Source: Octopus vulgaris
Taxonomy: Eukaryota
Assembly: GCA_951406725.2 (NCBI GenBank)
Contig: OX597820.1
Coordinates: 57,908,001-57,972,000, forward strand
Direction: 5' to 3'
Length of the DNA: 64,000 bases
Both the position numbers and the translations under genes were made by a program. Positions 37,126-52,145 of the stretch are shown in pieces. Every line of letters begins with the position of its first letter. Position 1 is the stretch's first letter. The notes below the pieces were generated by a model. The model was not told the origin of the DNA and did no database searches. It saw only the letters and a program-made list of their open reading frames with translations.

Positions 37126-37424
37126 TATACATATATCTTTTATCATTTTACTTGTTTCAGTTATTGGACTGCTGCCATGCTGTGGCAACACCTTGAGGGG
37201 TTAACTCGAAGAAAATCGACTCCATGGTAGAGTGGTACATATGCTGTCATTCTGTTTTGCCGAGCCGCTAAGTTACGCGGATATAAACAAACCAACAACG
37301 GTTGTCAAGAAACACACTAATTTATACATTTATACATACACGTATAATAAGCATGCCTGAATGTGTTACAAGTGCATTCCGTGCATTAAGGAATGTATGA
37401 TCATATCTTAATTTTCACATATGA

Positions 37425-37467
<43 letters not shown>

Positions 37468-37905
37468 GTTTGCATGTATGTATGTATGTATGTATGTTTG
37501 TATGTATGTATGTATGTACGTATGTAGGTGCATTTATGAATGTATGTATGTATCTATGCATATACACATACAGATGAAAGAGAGGTGGAGAGACTTACAT
37601 ACGTATGTTTAGAAACATGTAAGCGTGTATGATTTTCTATGACTATCCATGCTTGTGTATATATAAGTATGTGCAGCGTGTGTGCGTGTGTGTGTGTGTG
37701 TGTGCGTGCATGTGTGTGTTTGTGTGCGTGTGTGTGTGTGCATGTGTGTGTGTTTGTGTGTGTGTGCGTGTGTGTTTGCCTAATTCCCTTTCCTGCTCAT
37801 CCAGTTCAATCCTTATAGTTTCAAGTTCCCCAATAACCGATTACAACAAAAATTTCTATACTATAAGGCGCCAGAGACGAGGAAGGAGAGTAGTAGTAGT
37901 AGTAA

Positions 37906-37959
<54 letters not shown>

Positions 37960-39210
37960 CATCAGAAGCAGCAGCAAAGCAGCAACTGGAGTAGAGGAGG
38001 TAGAGGGGTAAGAAAAGAGAAGAAAAAATATGGAGAGGAGGGCTGAAGTTGGTGATGATGATGATGTTGATGATGATGACGATGACGACGGAGGAAGATA
38101 GGAGGAGGGGAAGGAGGAAATGGAAAGATGGGAAGAAGGAGGAGGCAAAAGAAGAGAATAGAAGAAGGAGAAGGAATTGGGGGAGAAAGGGGAGAAGAAG
38201 AAGAAGAAGAAGAAGGAAAGAGAAGAGGAAGGGAGGAGGAGGAGGAATTCTAAGATTAGAATATGTGCAGCAAAGACTGTGGTGGCAGGAAATTTGGTAT
38301 TTTGATGCCGGAGGAAGTCAATGTTGGTTTCAAGTTTTGATACAAAGCCAGCAATCTAGGGGGTTGGGGCAAGTCGATTATTGATATTTATTTCACCACG
38401 AAAGGATTATACCTGTGAACTCCTTCGATTTCTTTTTTACTCGGATGGACCCTCCTAGCCATTCTTTTTAAGAATTCGTACTATAATTTTATAATTAAAT
38501 ATTATTTGGAATTGAATAAAAACAATTGTTAAATTATTTCGTGAATTGTAAAAGTATAACTAATCCATTACAGATAAATTTTAACATCAAAACCTTGTAT
38601 GAACTCCCAAAGAGCCATATAGACCCCATAATGGATCATATGGACTCCCAAGGGCCATATGAACTATAGTTGGAAACCTGTGGTACAGACAGACGAAATG
38701 CAGTTAAGCATGTGTCTGGAGTGCTGACGATTGTGCCAGCTCACCGCCTCAGACGAAACAAATATTGGTTCCAAAGTGGCTGACGTTCTTTTATCCACGA
38801 CCAACTCCGATCCAGCAGACCTATAATTAAAGGCGTTTTGCTCCAGTCTATACTTTCTTTGGTTTTGAAGACATACCATATATCCTGAACTGCATTATTT
38901 TTTTGCATATTTCTTTATTTAACACGGTGTGAGGTGATTTTAGGAACACTTCGTTGCTATCTTTAGTAGATCGAATGGTCCTATAAGGGATTATTATGTA
39001 GGTCGTTGTTTGAAGTGTTTTTGTTGGTGTGGTGGTAGGGAGTTGATTGTGACAGTGGAGCTGGTAGTAGTAGCAGGTGGTAGTGATGGTGATAGATGCG
39101 GTGAATGTGTGATAGTGATAGTTTTGATTTCAAGGTATGTATGTCCATCCTTTACACACCATTACATGGGTGTGTGTGTTCATCTAAATGTGTGTATGTG
39201 TGTGTGTGTG

Positions 39211-39277
<67 letters not shown>

Positions 39278-39319
39278 GGGAAGATAATTATGCACATTAA
39301 CGCCTATTGTTTATCGTTG

Positions 39320-40800
39320 TCACAGAAACCGAGGAGCATCCTGCTCTGCTGTTATGTCAACATCAGCGAATGACTGTATCACGCAAAGTTTTGTGCTTGG
39401 CAGTAGATGAAACTCTAAATGAAGCCTGTCCTTTCTTCAAAAAACAAACTAGTATATTAACCCTTCTTATGAAATGTCACGTAACCCAAGACATTTTAAG
39501 ACACCACCGAAGATATAAAGACATTGCTCACCCTGTTCAGTCTTGCAGAAATAACTTCTCTCAGCTCACATATATATGAGTGCAACTGCCCACCGCCAGC
39601 GAACGTTTCCTACTTTTATCCACTTAGAGATCTGCTCCAAATCAAATTCTAATCATCTTAACAGGATCTGCATGGGCTTGCCCCTCTCAGTGCTGAATTG
39701 CAAACTTATCTTGTGGTTAATTCATTTTCTGTTACCTTCTGGTACTCATCTAGAATGGTCCAGCCTATCTCGATTTCTTCACTTTGCGATCATTTCGGGC
39801 AGGTTTGATTACCGATGTGTCCGACACCATGAAGATGTCGTTGTCTGCGTATATAGGCAGGGTTATGATTCCAAGTTTAAGTGAGATGCTCCTTAACTAC
39901 TCCAACCACCTCAACAAACGCTACAATGTCAAAGCACAATCCTTATCGAAAGGAGCGCTCGGCAACCTAAAACGGTAGTGGTTTAATTTTATTACGGAGT
40001 AGATGCCGATGTACATTGTAACGAACCAACTTCTGAAGACGAGACCGAAATCTACTTTGCTTAGGACAGACGCCTGGACGTATCAAAATATATGGGTGCC
40101 CCACTGAAACCAGATCCAGTTCCATTTCATTTTGTAATATATTGCCCTTGAAGGAATTTATTGCGAGTAGATCTTCCATGAATCACACACGTTTCTGCAA
40201 TTCCGATTAATTCACCTATGGCAAAAGCTATTCATACCGTCGTTTAACACGTCCGATATTTTATCTTCAGTAATTAACTTTTCGGGAGTCACGACCGACC
40301 GTCACTGTCACTCTTTGCTAACAGCTTGACGTTGTGTCACTGAAAATATTCCGCACGTCTACTTGGAATCGGATAGCATGTACACAACGCAATCTACCAA
40401 AGATCAAAGTGTGTCTTTCGTTGAACTTCACCTCAGTCACCCTGGATCTTTGAATGGTTTAGTAGATTTAATGTTTTAATTTTGCATCCAACTACGACCA
40501 TCACATCCTTCATGTTTTGCTTCAAGGAAGTTGTGAAAGGCTAATCTCGCTGCAAGCACATCGCAAAATGTTTCTTTCTGTTAACATATTGTAACTGGTT
40601 GACTAACACCTTCTCTATCTATTCTTCTCAATTATTACATCTATACTAAACTGACAGATTCTGTTTAATCATTGTTATTGATACAGAGGTCCACTATATG
40701 TTAGCCATAATACCACTCGCTAACTCCCGTATATTTCATTCGCTAATCTGATGACCGAAATACTTCTGTGCCGGACAAGATACATTCAGTATCCTCTGCC
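39320..40800 (-). pseudogene. Possible highly decayed LINE (RTE-like) endonuclease/linker region
   Basis: Non-repetitive, more GC-rich block; LAINSF..KW.W..YIL pattern near 40080-40180 resembles APE endonuclease motifs. Confidence 0.35.
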
Positions 40801-41506
40801 TTAGACGCTTTGGACTAGACTTTTCATATCACGAATTTATGGATGCTGTTGCCAACTAGCCGGAAATATAGACAACTCACAGTATCCTTGTTGGTCATCA
40901 AATGAAAGCCTTACGTACGACCTGGAAGACCCTCTGTAATTTGTCCGAAAAACATGCTGTGGTGAATAATATTTATTACTTTTCACTTTTTGTGGCTTTA
41001 TGGTTATATATTTTCTGTACTTATTTGTCTTCAAATTGTTTATCCAATTATGCCGAGTTATTATTATTAATTTGAGATATTATGTCTCCCCACATTATTT
41101 AACTGAACAATTATGAGTAATTTTAATGCGTATCATCCGGCTATTTTCTACGCCAAGAGAATGTGACCAGACAAATTAGTTCTGAATCAAACAACGTAAT
41201 CCGGTTCCAATTTGGATCATTAAAATTCCTGTTTACTTTGGCTTAATATTCAGATTATTTTCTTTCAATGTAATTTTCTTGCATATATAGTATGTACACA
41301 GTTGAGAAGATTATGTGAAATATATTTTGCCTTAGTTGGAATCAAGATTGATTACGAATGTGACTTCATACATACACAGTATAGTAATTCAAATAGTCAT
41401 ATAAAGCAAACCACAAAAATTAACGAAACAAAGCATAAAGTAACAGTCTGTAATGTTCTCATTATATAGATTATTTTCAAAACTTCTTTTAAAACGTTAC
41501 TACAGA

Positions 41507-41586
<80 letters not shown>

Positions 41587-42139
41587 GTTTATATATATAT
41601 ATATGAACATAACAAATGGCATGACTAATTAATTACGAGATTCTTTCATTTCACGTAAAACAATATAAGATTGTCATCAAACTCTCGCCCAATTTTTCAA
41701 ATTTAATTTCATGAGAAATGTGTTACTTCGACAAAGAAAATTTTACTGTGCATTCACAAAAGCGATCTTTTGTCGAGTATAATCGGTGGACATTAAGTGT
41801 TTCTTTTCATCGAGGGTAAATATATGTACTCACCTATATATCTCTGTGTGTGGTGAATATATATATATAGGTAGAATTCACAAAAAAAACAAACAAAAGA
41901 CCAAGAGAGATGGTGTAGGCAACAAACAGATGTATTAGTATAACGCTGAAGAAGTGAAAAGGTCTTTAACGTTTTGAGCTTACGCTCTTCCACAGGAAGG
42001 AATACAGAAAGAAACAAGGAGAGAAAGTAAAGAATGTGTAGTGGCTAGAGATATATCATGGATATATATATCTATATATATACATATATATATATTATGT
42101 ATATCTATAAATATATATAAGACAATCAGTTAGTTGCCA

Positions 42140-42195
42140 TAATAATACTCAGAGTTTCAGATGCCGGGATTAAAGGGCATCCTCATCAGTTATTA
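42140..42195 (-). ncRNA. Hammerhead ribozyme with intact core
   Basis: taataa CTGATGA ggatgcc ctttaatccc ggcatct GAAA ctctgag TA ttatta. Confidence 0.85.
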
Positions 42196-42307
42196 GAACA
42201 AAATGCTATGACAAAAAAACTGTGTGTGTGCGTGTGCGTTCGCGAGTGTGTATATGAGCATTTCTGCAATACCCATATATATATGTGTAATCAGGTAGAG
42301 AATGTTT

Positions 42308-42345
<38 letters not shown>

Positions 42346-44027
42346 ATACGTGTATATCTGTGTGTGTTTGTATGTGTATGCGTATGTGAGTTTGTGTGTG
42401 TATGTGTGCGTGAGAGAGACAGAGACAGAGACAGAGAAAGTTTGAGTGTATCATTGTGTGTCATTTGCTCGCAAATGATATTCTTCATAAATAATGGTTT
42501 AAAGTATTCCCAGCATGGGATAAATATTTATTAGTATGTATCAACAAATAGTGGCTGCCAATACGGTTATATGGTGATGAAGTGTTCCTTACTTAGTGTA
42601 AACTAAACATTATTTTTATCAGAAATATTACTGGTAACCACCACGAAATTCTCCATTTTGACAGCTATTTACGCACACCCATAAACTCATAAGCATTACG
42701 TCACCCTGTTGTACTCGCTGCTATATATTAAATTATTTCTAGTATTCTCTAAATATAATAGTGTTAACTAGATGTAGTACCAGTTTTGAATTTTGTTAAT
42801 TTAACTAAGATATATGTTAATTATGCGATGCTAAGAACTATAGAGCGAGACGCCCAGCTGAGCCAAATAATGTTTCAAGTTCCTATTAATGCCTTTGGAA
42901 TAGCTATAAATTTTATATCTCTACTTTCTCACTGTTTTATACATTGATATCATTGAGATTAATTAATATAACAAAAATTGCATATATTAATTTACACACA
43001 TCACACACATACACACACACACTGAAAAATATTGATAAATTAATCAGCTATTTTTAATGTTTTATTCATTATGGATATTAATTGATTTCTAACTTTGTAG
43101 ACACGGAGTTACAAATTTGCTGGGAAGAGATATATTCGTTTGATTATATCCCCCAGAGCATTAATTTGTACTTATTTTATTGATCTTAGAGGGATGAAAG
43201 ACAAAGTTAACTCCGACGGGATTTCAATCCAGAACAAACGTAAAGGAATATAAACAAACGCTACATGATATTCAGTTCGGCACTCCAGCTCAATGCCTTT
43301 TCATGGATATTAATTTATATCAGAAATGAGTTATTTCAATTATTAGTTGTTAATAGAATATGTTGTCTGCAAAACTGTATCCACAGTCTGCTCAACCAAT
43401 AAACTATATTACAAATACATAAAAGATGCAAAATAGCAAACTATGTATCATACTTAATGTAAATATACATCGCCTAGAGGCAAGTTATTGTGTATTTAAC
43501 CCGAAATAGCCTTCTTATAGACGTACTGTTTTTTAAAATATAATATCATAATCCAAACATGAAAACACAGAGAGAAAACATAAAAACGCGAGGACGTGCA
43601 ACAAGTAAAGTGTTATTGGACGCTCAGGAAGGAAAGAAAGTGAAGCTCTTCGTCAGAAACATAGAAAAAGGAAACCTCCAAGGAAGGGAAGACGGGGTAA
43701 AAAATCGCAAGCGATACACACGCGGTCATACACATATATTATGTACATATACATATATATATTGTGTAAATGTATATATATTATATGTATGTATGTATGT
43801 TTGTATGTATGTATGTATGCGTATATATGTATATAAATCATAAATGTATATATGAGAAGTGAATGGATTTATTTAACCATTTGCCATTCTTAGGGTTACG
43901 GCCGTTTCGCAATCCTTTTTTATGTAATAATTTTAATGTATGATAAATCGCGTTTGCCTGTTATATTAGTATGTATGCTAGCATGCATTATACGCAATTG
44001 TGTTAAATTAAAACAGTCATGTATATA

Positions 44028-44409
44028 TCATACTTCATGTATCTACATCGTTGAGAAACATGTAGTTATTGCGGGTTTCGATCGAGATAACATCTCCTAT
44101 GGAAAAAAATTATTCATATCCGAGGAAGACGAAAACGTCGTCCCAGCAGCGACTAGGAACTTCGCCAGATGCTTTTCGGTCTTGTTGAGCCTTATCCGTG
44201 ACTTGGACGCACAACCAGATCTATGTCAAGATGTGATTTGTTGCCTTCGATATAGTAAGACACTCGCTAACATTCTCACAAGCCGCTAGTGGGGCCACTT
44301 TCGCCTCGGATACATATTGTGTTTTAACACTGCACATCCATAAGAGATGTTATCTCGTACGAATACTACAGTAACTTGCCTCTCAACGATGTATATAAAT
44401 AAAGTATGA
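44028..44409. repeat. Imperfect inverted repeat, ~75-bp arms (MITE-like)
   Basis: tacatcgttgaga...cgagataacatctcctatgga pairs with tccataagagatgttatctcg...tctcaacgatgta. Confidence 0.75.
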
Positions 44410-46059
44410 AACATGGACCGCTTTTTTATAAAAAAAAATACTACTGCTTGACTTGTATACTGGAAAGGAGACAACTTTTATCTAACTAATATCAATGTCA
44501 AACTGGGAAAACTACGATGAACAATGGTATCCCAAAGGAAAATAATTGCTGATAATAGACTCAAGGTGGAAAAAGATGAAAATGAGAGTGGTCTGCCTTG
44601 CTCTGTGTCAACAGCCAGGTGACACATTTTCTTTAAGTATGTCTATACTGAATTCTAAGACATCATGTAAACCTTCAACAAGGCCCAAACCACTAAAGCA
44701 ATCATGATTGATGACAAAGTGTTTAAACTTTAAAATAAACTAATATATGTCCCGCTTTGAGTCAAATGAACGACATCCGCAACAGCATCGTTTAAGAAAG
44801 TAAAAGAAATCTAAAAGGAGCATTATCGTGATTAATCCCACGGCATATGATTTATTAAAATACATCTTTCTTCTTTCGTGAAAGCTTTAGAGAATAAGTT
44901 ATTATTAAGTTGCACTTGGAGCTTATATTTTGACATAGTTATGCCAGGAGATGCCTGAACTCAAATTTCAACAAGTTGGGGAGCACCTTCGCTATCACAT
45001 CTACAGTAACCGACATTCTAAATTGTTTGCATTCAAGTAACCATTTCAGTGTAATTTTATTCACCAGACATTGACCCCTCAACTTATCCAGAATTCCGAG
45101 AGATTGTTATTTTGCCGGGCGTGGTTCACAATCTTTCTTACTTAAACTGTACGTTGGTTTTGTTATTGCTGTTCTTGTTTTTGTTCTTATTCTTCATCTA
45201 GCCTCAGTCTCGTTTGAGAAAAATCTATGATCAAAGACATCCAGCATTGTCCATTTCGTATCTTATTCAGGCATAGTGTACTCCGGACTACCTTAATCAA
45301 TCTGTCCCACCTTAAAAAAATTTGGCAGTGTGTGACTTGAGAGGCATTTGACTGCTATTTCTCGCAAGCTTAACAACCGCTTACATACTATCACATTGTT
45401 TTAGTACATATTTAGCCTGACATAGTCAATGACTTAATTCTAAAAAAAAAATATAAGATATCTATCTTTATAACATGTTTAATAGAGTAATTGTTGGAAA
45501 TGGATGTTGTTACATCTGTTGAATTTTTAATAGGCATTACTGTTGAATAATAACGTATACTTCATTTAGTTCCAAGTACTCTATAAGTAATATAAACAAT
45601 ATGTAACATATGAATCAACACTTAAGATCTGATATCAGTGATCTATTGGGCACCATAGTTTTTATGCTATATATTAACAATATATTAGACACTGGCATAT
45701 ATTATTCGATAATTACTCAAATAGTCAAGTTTTCCGTATTATAAGCAATATATAATGTATTTTTTATGAGTGGCAAAAAAGTCGAATACTTTATCCTGCG
45801 TCAGGTATGCAGAGTAGCTTCAAGTATAATTTGGTGACAGACTGTTTTATCTTTGCGCGTCTCAGTTCAAATTCCTATCTAGAACAAATCCGTGGAAAAT
45901 CAAACTGTCCAAGTGTAAATCATTTGGAGATACTTCGGAAAATAGTCAAAATGTGGAAGTCATTGTTTCAACACTTATTCCTTACCAAATCTTAATTTTT
46001 AAAGCACTAAAACCATATATGCTATGAAAAAATTTATAACACATGAATCAAATTCAGCC

Positions 46060-46410
46060 AGGTGCTCTCCTGTTTCTCTGTGTCCAGGGGATCAGTTTGT
46101 CAAGACTTTCCAGTTTCCTCTGTTTTGTGCTGTATGCATACAGTCAGTCCCTTGTTTCCAGTCCATTCTTTGGTGTCATCAGCTCCCAAATGTATTCGAT
46201 GGCTTCTTGCATTCTTCCTCTCAATACTTCCTGTGTAGATGGTCTCAGATAATAACTTGTGGTGTACTGAATGTTCAAAATGTGATAGCTTTGCTATGAT
46301 TCTAGACTGAAGATGCCTACAAACTTTCAGCTTTTCAAGTACTGTAGCATTTATTACCCTGTCTTTTACATTTGTTCTACCCAGTATGCGTAAGGTCCAT
46401 ACCTCAATGT
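46060..46410 (-). pseudogene. RTE-clade LINE ORF C-terminal fragment
   Basis: EVWTLRILGRTNVKDRVINATVL..KLSHFEH..GSIE..DDTKEWTG resembles the RTE post-RT region. Confidence 0.75.
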
Positions 46411-46904
46411 CTTCTGTCTCCTCAATTGTTATGAACATGTCCAAGTTTCTGCCTCGTAGAGGACAATTGGCATAACGTAACCTCTTAATAGCTTCAGTTT
46501 TAGGTTCAAAGTTGTGTTTTATGAGATGAACAAAATTAAATGGTGTTGGGAAAGTGATTCTTCTTTTTCTTTCGTTCTCCATCTTAATATATTAATGCAT
46601 TTAGTTTCTTTGTGTAATTGAATTCTATGATTAGAACTCAATTTTTTATTGTTTTTTGTGGGGGGTGATTTCGTTTTGCAGCACTTTCGAATTGCAACCA
46701 AACTGACAAGATACACCGTACTTGCAAGAGATAGTCAGGATTCACTTAAATCTCCCTCCCAGACAACCGAAATTGAGTATCGGCCAACTCTTCATTATGC
46801 CTTTATGTGAATAAGTTGCACTTCGATCCCTATTCAAGGCTGTTGGAAAAAAAAACAGAGAAAAGAAAGATCCTTACACTCTAGCCAAAGGATCCAATTT
46901 TCCA

Positions 46905-47158
46905 GTGGGTGGTTACTAAACCGCTGAGTTACGGCGACGAAAACACACCAATACTGGTTGTTAAGTGATGGTGGGATGGGGGAAACAAACACAGACACGA
47001 AGACAACACACACAAACGACAAGGTTTTCTCAGTTTCCGTCTGCTAAATCCACTCACAATGTTTTAGTCGGTTCAAAGCACTTGCCCAAGGTGCCACGTA
47101 GTGGGACTGAACCCGGAACCATGTGGTTGAGAAGCAAGCTTCTTGCCACACAACCACA
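46905..47158 (-). mobile_element. SINE family A
   Basis: cacttgcccaaggtgccacgtagtgggactgaacccggaaccatgtggttg. Confidence 0.85.
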
Positions 47159-47165
47159 TTAAGAT

Positions 47166-47304
47166 AGATCCTTCCATGACCAAGGTGTGTATCCATTGGA
47201 AGTATCTTCCAAAAAGATATCTATGTATGTATATATATATATATATATATATATCGTGTGGAAGATACTTGGAATAGATACACGCCTTGTTCAGGAAAAG
47301 ATCT
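47166..47304. repeat. Inverted repeat (~55-bp arms) centred on (TA)n
   Basis: caaggtgtgtatccatt..aagtatcttcca pairs with tggaagatactt..aatagatacacgccttg. Confidence 0.8.
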
Positions 47305-47567
47305 TTCAGCTTGTTCAAAATATTTAAAAAATAATAACAACAATCTTGAGTTGATCACCGGCGCCATAAATGTTTAGGATTCGCGAGAGAATTACATATC
47401 TTTGCACGTATTTGTTTCGTATTTACTAGTTTGTTTATTATTTATTTATTTACTTATTTTTCTCTAAACATTCAACAAATGCAATGTAATGCAACAAATA
47501 TATATTACCAGGCGATAGAATGAAGCCATTATTTTACAGTTAATCCCTCTTCACACAACAATAAACA

Positions 47568-47611
<44 letters not shown>

Positions 47612-48076
47612 ATTTAAAAACATAATGTTAGCCACTTGTGATTCGAATTTAATAAACGAACACATTAGAGGTTTCAGACAAATTAAGTTGCCATTCACGT
47701 TCTCTGCTAGCTTAATAGATTCTGTGAAGAGAGTTATTTGTTTTACAATATAAACAACCTGACCTGTAAATAAACGAAAGGTTACAGCAGAATGGATCCC
47801 AACAGAGAGCTTCTAAAGGGACAGAAAAGATATGGGGAGGGTGAGGAGTTCATTATGGTAGAATATATCTTTCTTTGAAGAGAAAAGTATACAATGAAAT
47901 AGAAAATAGCAAGGTTACGTGATTTAGAAATAAACAATATGGTTGTAGATAAACAATATGGGAGTTGCTAAATAATTCAATCCAAAGCGTGATTTTATGC
48001 TCATAACACTTGTGATCCGAACAAATTAAAGCATAGAAAATTATATACAAACACTCACGCAGACACACACACATGC

Positions 48077-48113
<37 letters not shown>

Positions 48114-48234
48114 ATCCAAACATGAAAACACAAAGAGAAATCACAACAACGCGAGGACGTGGAACAAGTATAGTGTTATTATTTGCTCAGGAAGGAAAGC
48201 TGTATATAATACATGCATATATACATGTCCATAT

Positions 48235-48277
<43 letters not shown>

Positions 48278-48776
48278 CATATATATATATATTTACATAT
48301 ATAAACGTACAAATACACATATACAATATGTATATAGATATATGTATACACTATACACATACAAATCCATACATATATACAATGTGTGTGTGCGTGTGTG
48401 TGCTTCTGTGTTTCTCTGCGTTTATATAAGTTGAATTTTTTTGTTATTAATGTCGAATGCCTATATAGCGACTACTCAAAATTTCGTGCAGAGCATATTC
48501 TATTCAGATGATGCTTTAATGAAGATAACATTAAAAATTTTCAGTCGTGAGTTCATTAATGGCGTTTTACTTACGAGAAAACGTGTGTTTCATATATCGA
48601 AGCCAATACTTGACAAGTAATGGATCGAAGGATGAAAGGCAAATTCAACCTGTGGCAGATCTGAACAGACAAATTAAAGGGACGTAACTGATGTTAAGGC
48701 TATTACTCTATACACTATTCTACCGATTATCTTATCAATAAATACATTCCGGCGCGCACAAACACACACTCACACA

Positions 48777-48840
<64 letters not shown>

Positions 48841-49674
48841 CACGCACACACAAACAGACATATTAACAAACATACAGTGAAACATAGAGTTGTATTTTTA
48901 TGCTTACAGACATAGATATATTTCAACGTATACATAACTAAATAAAAGTCATTAATGGAAGTGTGTGATAGAACGTGAAATATTTCAGAAATTTAACCAA
49001 ATATATACGTATGGACAGTCAGACGTGTTTCTGTAAATAAAAAAGATACACAAGGAACACGTGCATGAGTGCAAACATAAATGTACACATACACACACAC
49101 ACACACAGACACACACACATATATATATATATGGTTGCAAGTACATATACACATATCCCCCACATATATCCAGACGCATGCACGTATATATTTACATACA
49201 TACATATATACATACATGCATACATATACATACAAAGCCGGTTCGAAGACTACAGATCCAAGCCATCACTGGAACTGTAAAAATCTGTAAAACTTCCCAG
49301 AAGTTTATAATTTAAATATATATGAGCATGTCTACACATGCAACTATATGCATGAGAATACATACATAAATCAACTCATACAAATCTGAACATATACATA
49401 CGTACATGCATACATACATACATACATACATACATACATAATACATACATACATACATACATACATGCATACGTACATGCAAAAATACCCTGTTCGTATT
49501 GTTGAACTTCCAATGAAGGACCGTGGGATCTAGGTTAGAAACCGGCTCTTTCTCTACTGGCAAGAAATCTTGAAATAAAACTAAATTATGACATACATAC
49601 ATACATGCATTCATACTTACATAAATGCATACATACATACATACATACATACATACATACATACATACATACAT

Positions 49675-49920
49675 CATCATTCATCATTGTTCGACCGTGG
49701 TCGAGACAATGGAATTTACTATGTTACGCCAGACTTCACGGTCCATCATAACATTACGGAGGTCCTGTTGCTGGATGCCTGTATCCCTGGAGATTACATC
49801 AGGGTAGGAGAGTGTGCGCCCTCTGGTATTGCGAGTAGATGGCTTCCAGAGGAGAAGAGTAGAAATTACTTCTTTTTCAGCTCTACAACAATGTCCAGCA
49901 AACTGGACTCTCCTACCTTT
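49675..49920 (-). mobile_element. 5'-truncated RTE/RTE-X LINE 3' end with (TGA)n tail
   Basis: GRRVQFAGHCCRAEKEVISTLLLW..MMDREVWRNIV..EQ* followed by tgatgaatgatgatg; inserted in (TACA)n. Confidence 0.8.
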
Positions 49921-49925
49921 CACAA

Positions 49926-49956
<31 letters not shown>

Positions 49957-51086
49957 CTCCCTATGCAGCACGATGTTGTCGCTAAAACAATTTACATTGC
50001 CACCAGAAAGAAAAAAGACTGTCTTTAAATAAGCTTAGAAAATCCCTTTCTTATGGAACACATTCAAAAACACTAATTCAAGGAATACTGGTGGAATTTT
50101 CTCATCAAAATGTCTGTCAAATATAAACATAACAGGCCGGCCGGATATTGTTATTTGGGACAGGGTGGCATAGAGGTCATCTGTCCTGCAGATATAAATA
50201 TTTCTTTGAAATATTCATACTAATAACAATTGGAGCATTAGGTTTTGTTTGTAAATGCTTAAAGGAGAATCTGGATAAACTGAGATTTTAGAATGAGAAA
50301 TCGGCCGGCTAATTCGTACATTATAAGTCCAATCTGTGAGTGAAAAAGTAAAAATATGCAAGACTTTTCTCAAGTTCCAAATAGTCTAGTCATTTTTGTC
50401 AGCTGAGTGAACTAGGGCAACGTGAAATAAAGTGTCTTGCTCAAGGATACAACTCTCTACAAGTAATCGAACTCACGACTTTACAATCGTGAACCTAACA
50501 TCCTATCCACTAAGCCACGCACTTTCATACGTACATACATATAAACATAATACATACATGTATAATACATACACAATTACATACATGAATACATGCATAC
50601 GTGGATGCTACGTACGCACATACGTACATACAAACACACATAATACCTACATACATACATTCATGCATGTATGGATGCATTCATGCACACACACATAATA
50701 CATGCAAACATACGCACGCACATACATACATACATACACATACATACACATACATACATACATACATAAATACATACATACATACATACATACATACATA
50801 AGTAAAGCAAAAAAAAGCCATACATATTTTTTATGATCTGTGTTTAGTCTATCTGCTGAGATACAAAGGTTATAACAACGGTTCGTGCTATTGTTTATCC
50901 CAGAGTTGGGTGCCTGTAATTAACAGCTTTCAAACCTTGACTATCCCGTCTTTATTTTTTACCTGCCTCCATTATGTAGCCTAAATATCATCATCCGATG
51001 CATTCCTGCCTTATTTTGAAGACGTTAGTTTGCAATTTATGTAATTTGACTCCTATTTCTAGATAAATGTGGCCAATAACGAAATA

Positions 51087-51286
51087 AGAAACGTTAGCAC
51101 ATCGGGCGAAATGCTTAGCTATATTTCGTCTGCCGCTACGTTCTGAGTTCAAATTCCGCCGAAGTCGACTTTGCCTTTCATTCTTTCGGGGTCGATAAAT
51201 TAAGTACCAGCTGCGTACTGCGGTCGATTTAATGGACTGGCCCCCTCCTCCAAAATGTCGGGCCTTGTGCCTAGAGTAGAAAGAAA
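51087..51286 (+). mobile_element. SINE family B
   Basis: gaaacgttagcac..gttctgagttcaaattccgccgaagtcgactttgcctttc..ggccttgtgccta. Confidence 0.9.
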
Positions 51287-51531
51287 ATCTAGAAGTTTGA
51301 GAGACAATAACGTTAAGGTTATCGTATGTAAAGTTTCTGTAAGATAGTTCTTGTGCTGGATTGCTAATGTCTGTTAATGGGTGGAAGTGTGGAAGTAATA
51401 AGTCTAAACTAAAATATATTGGCCGAAAATTAGGGGAACAAAACAAAAAGCAAAGCGAAAAAAAAAAACAGAGAAAAATAAGAGAAGGAAGCAGACCAGA
51501 AGATAAACGAATAAAATAAATAGATAAACGA

Positions 51532-51642
<111 letters not shown>

Positions 51643-51996
51643 TGGCACTGGACGTGTGTTTATATACATACACAGACATACATATGTCGTGTGTATATGT
51701 AAGAATTGCCCTGGAAATATGTGTACATACACACACACACACAGATATATGTATATGTAAGAATTGTCCTGGAAGTGAATATGTGTGTATGTGTGTGTGT
51801 GAGTGTTTTCGTGCGTGTGCGTGTATACATACATACATACATACATACATACATACATACATACATACATACATACATACATACATACAGATATACATAC
51901 ATACATACATACATATTTGTATGTACGTATATTGGAGATTCGAGTGAAAAAGTATGGAAATACCTTTTCTGTTTCTTGCCTCCCCCTCAGAGCGCG

Positions 51997-52039
<43 letters not shown>

Positions 52040-52145
52040 GCACACACACATACACACACACACACACTAATACACACACTCTACTTCGTTCAATTCTGGT
52101 ACATTCGTCATGACCGATTTTAATCCAGTCGACTTCACCCATTAA

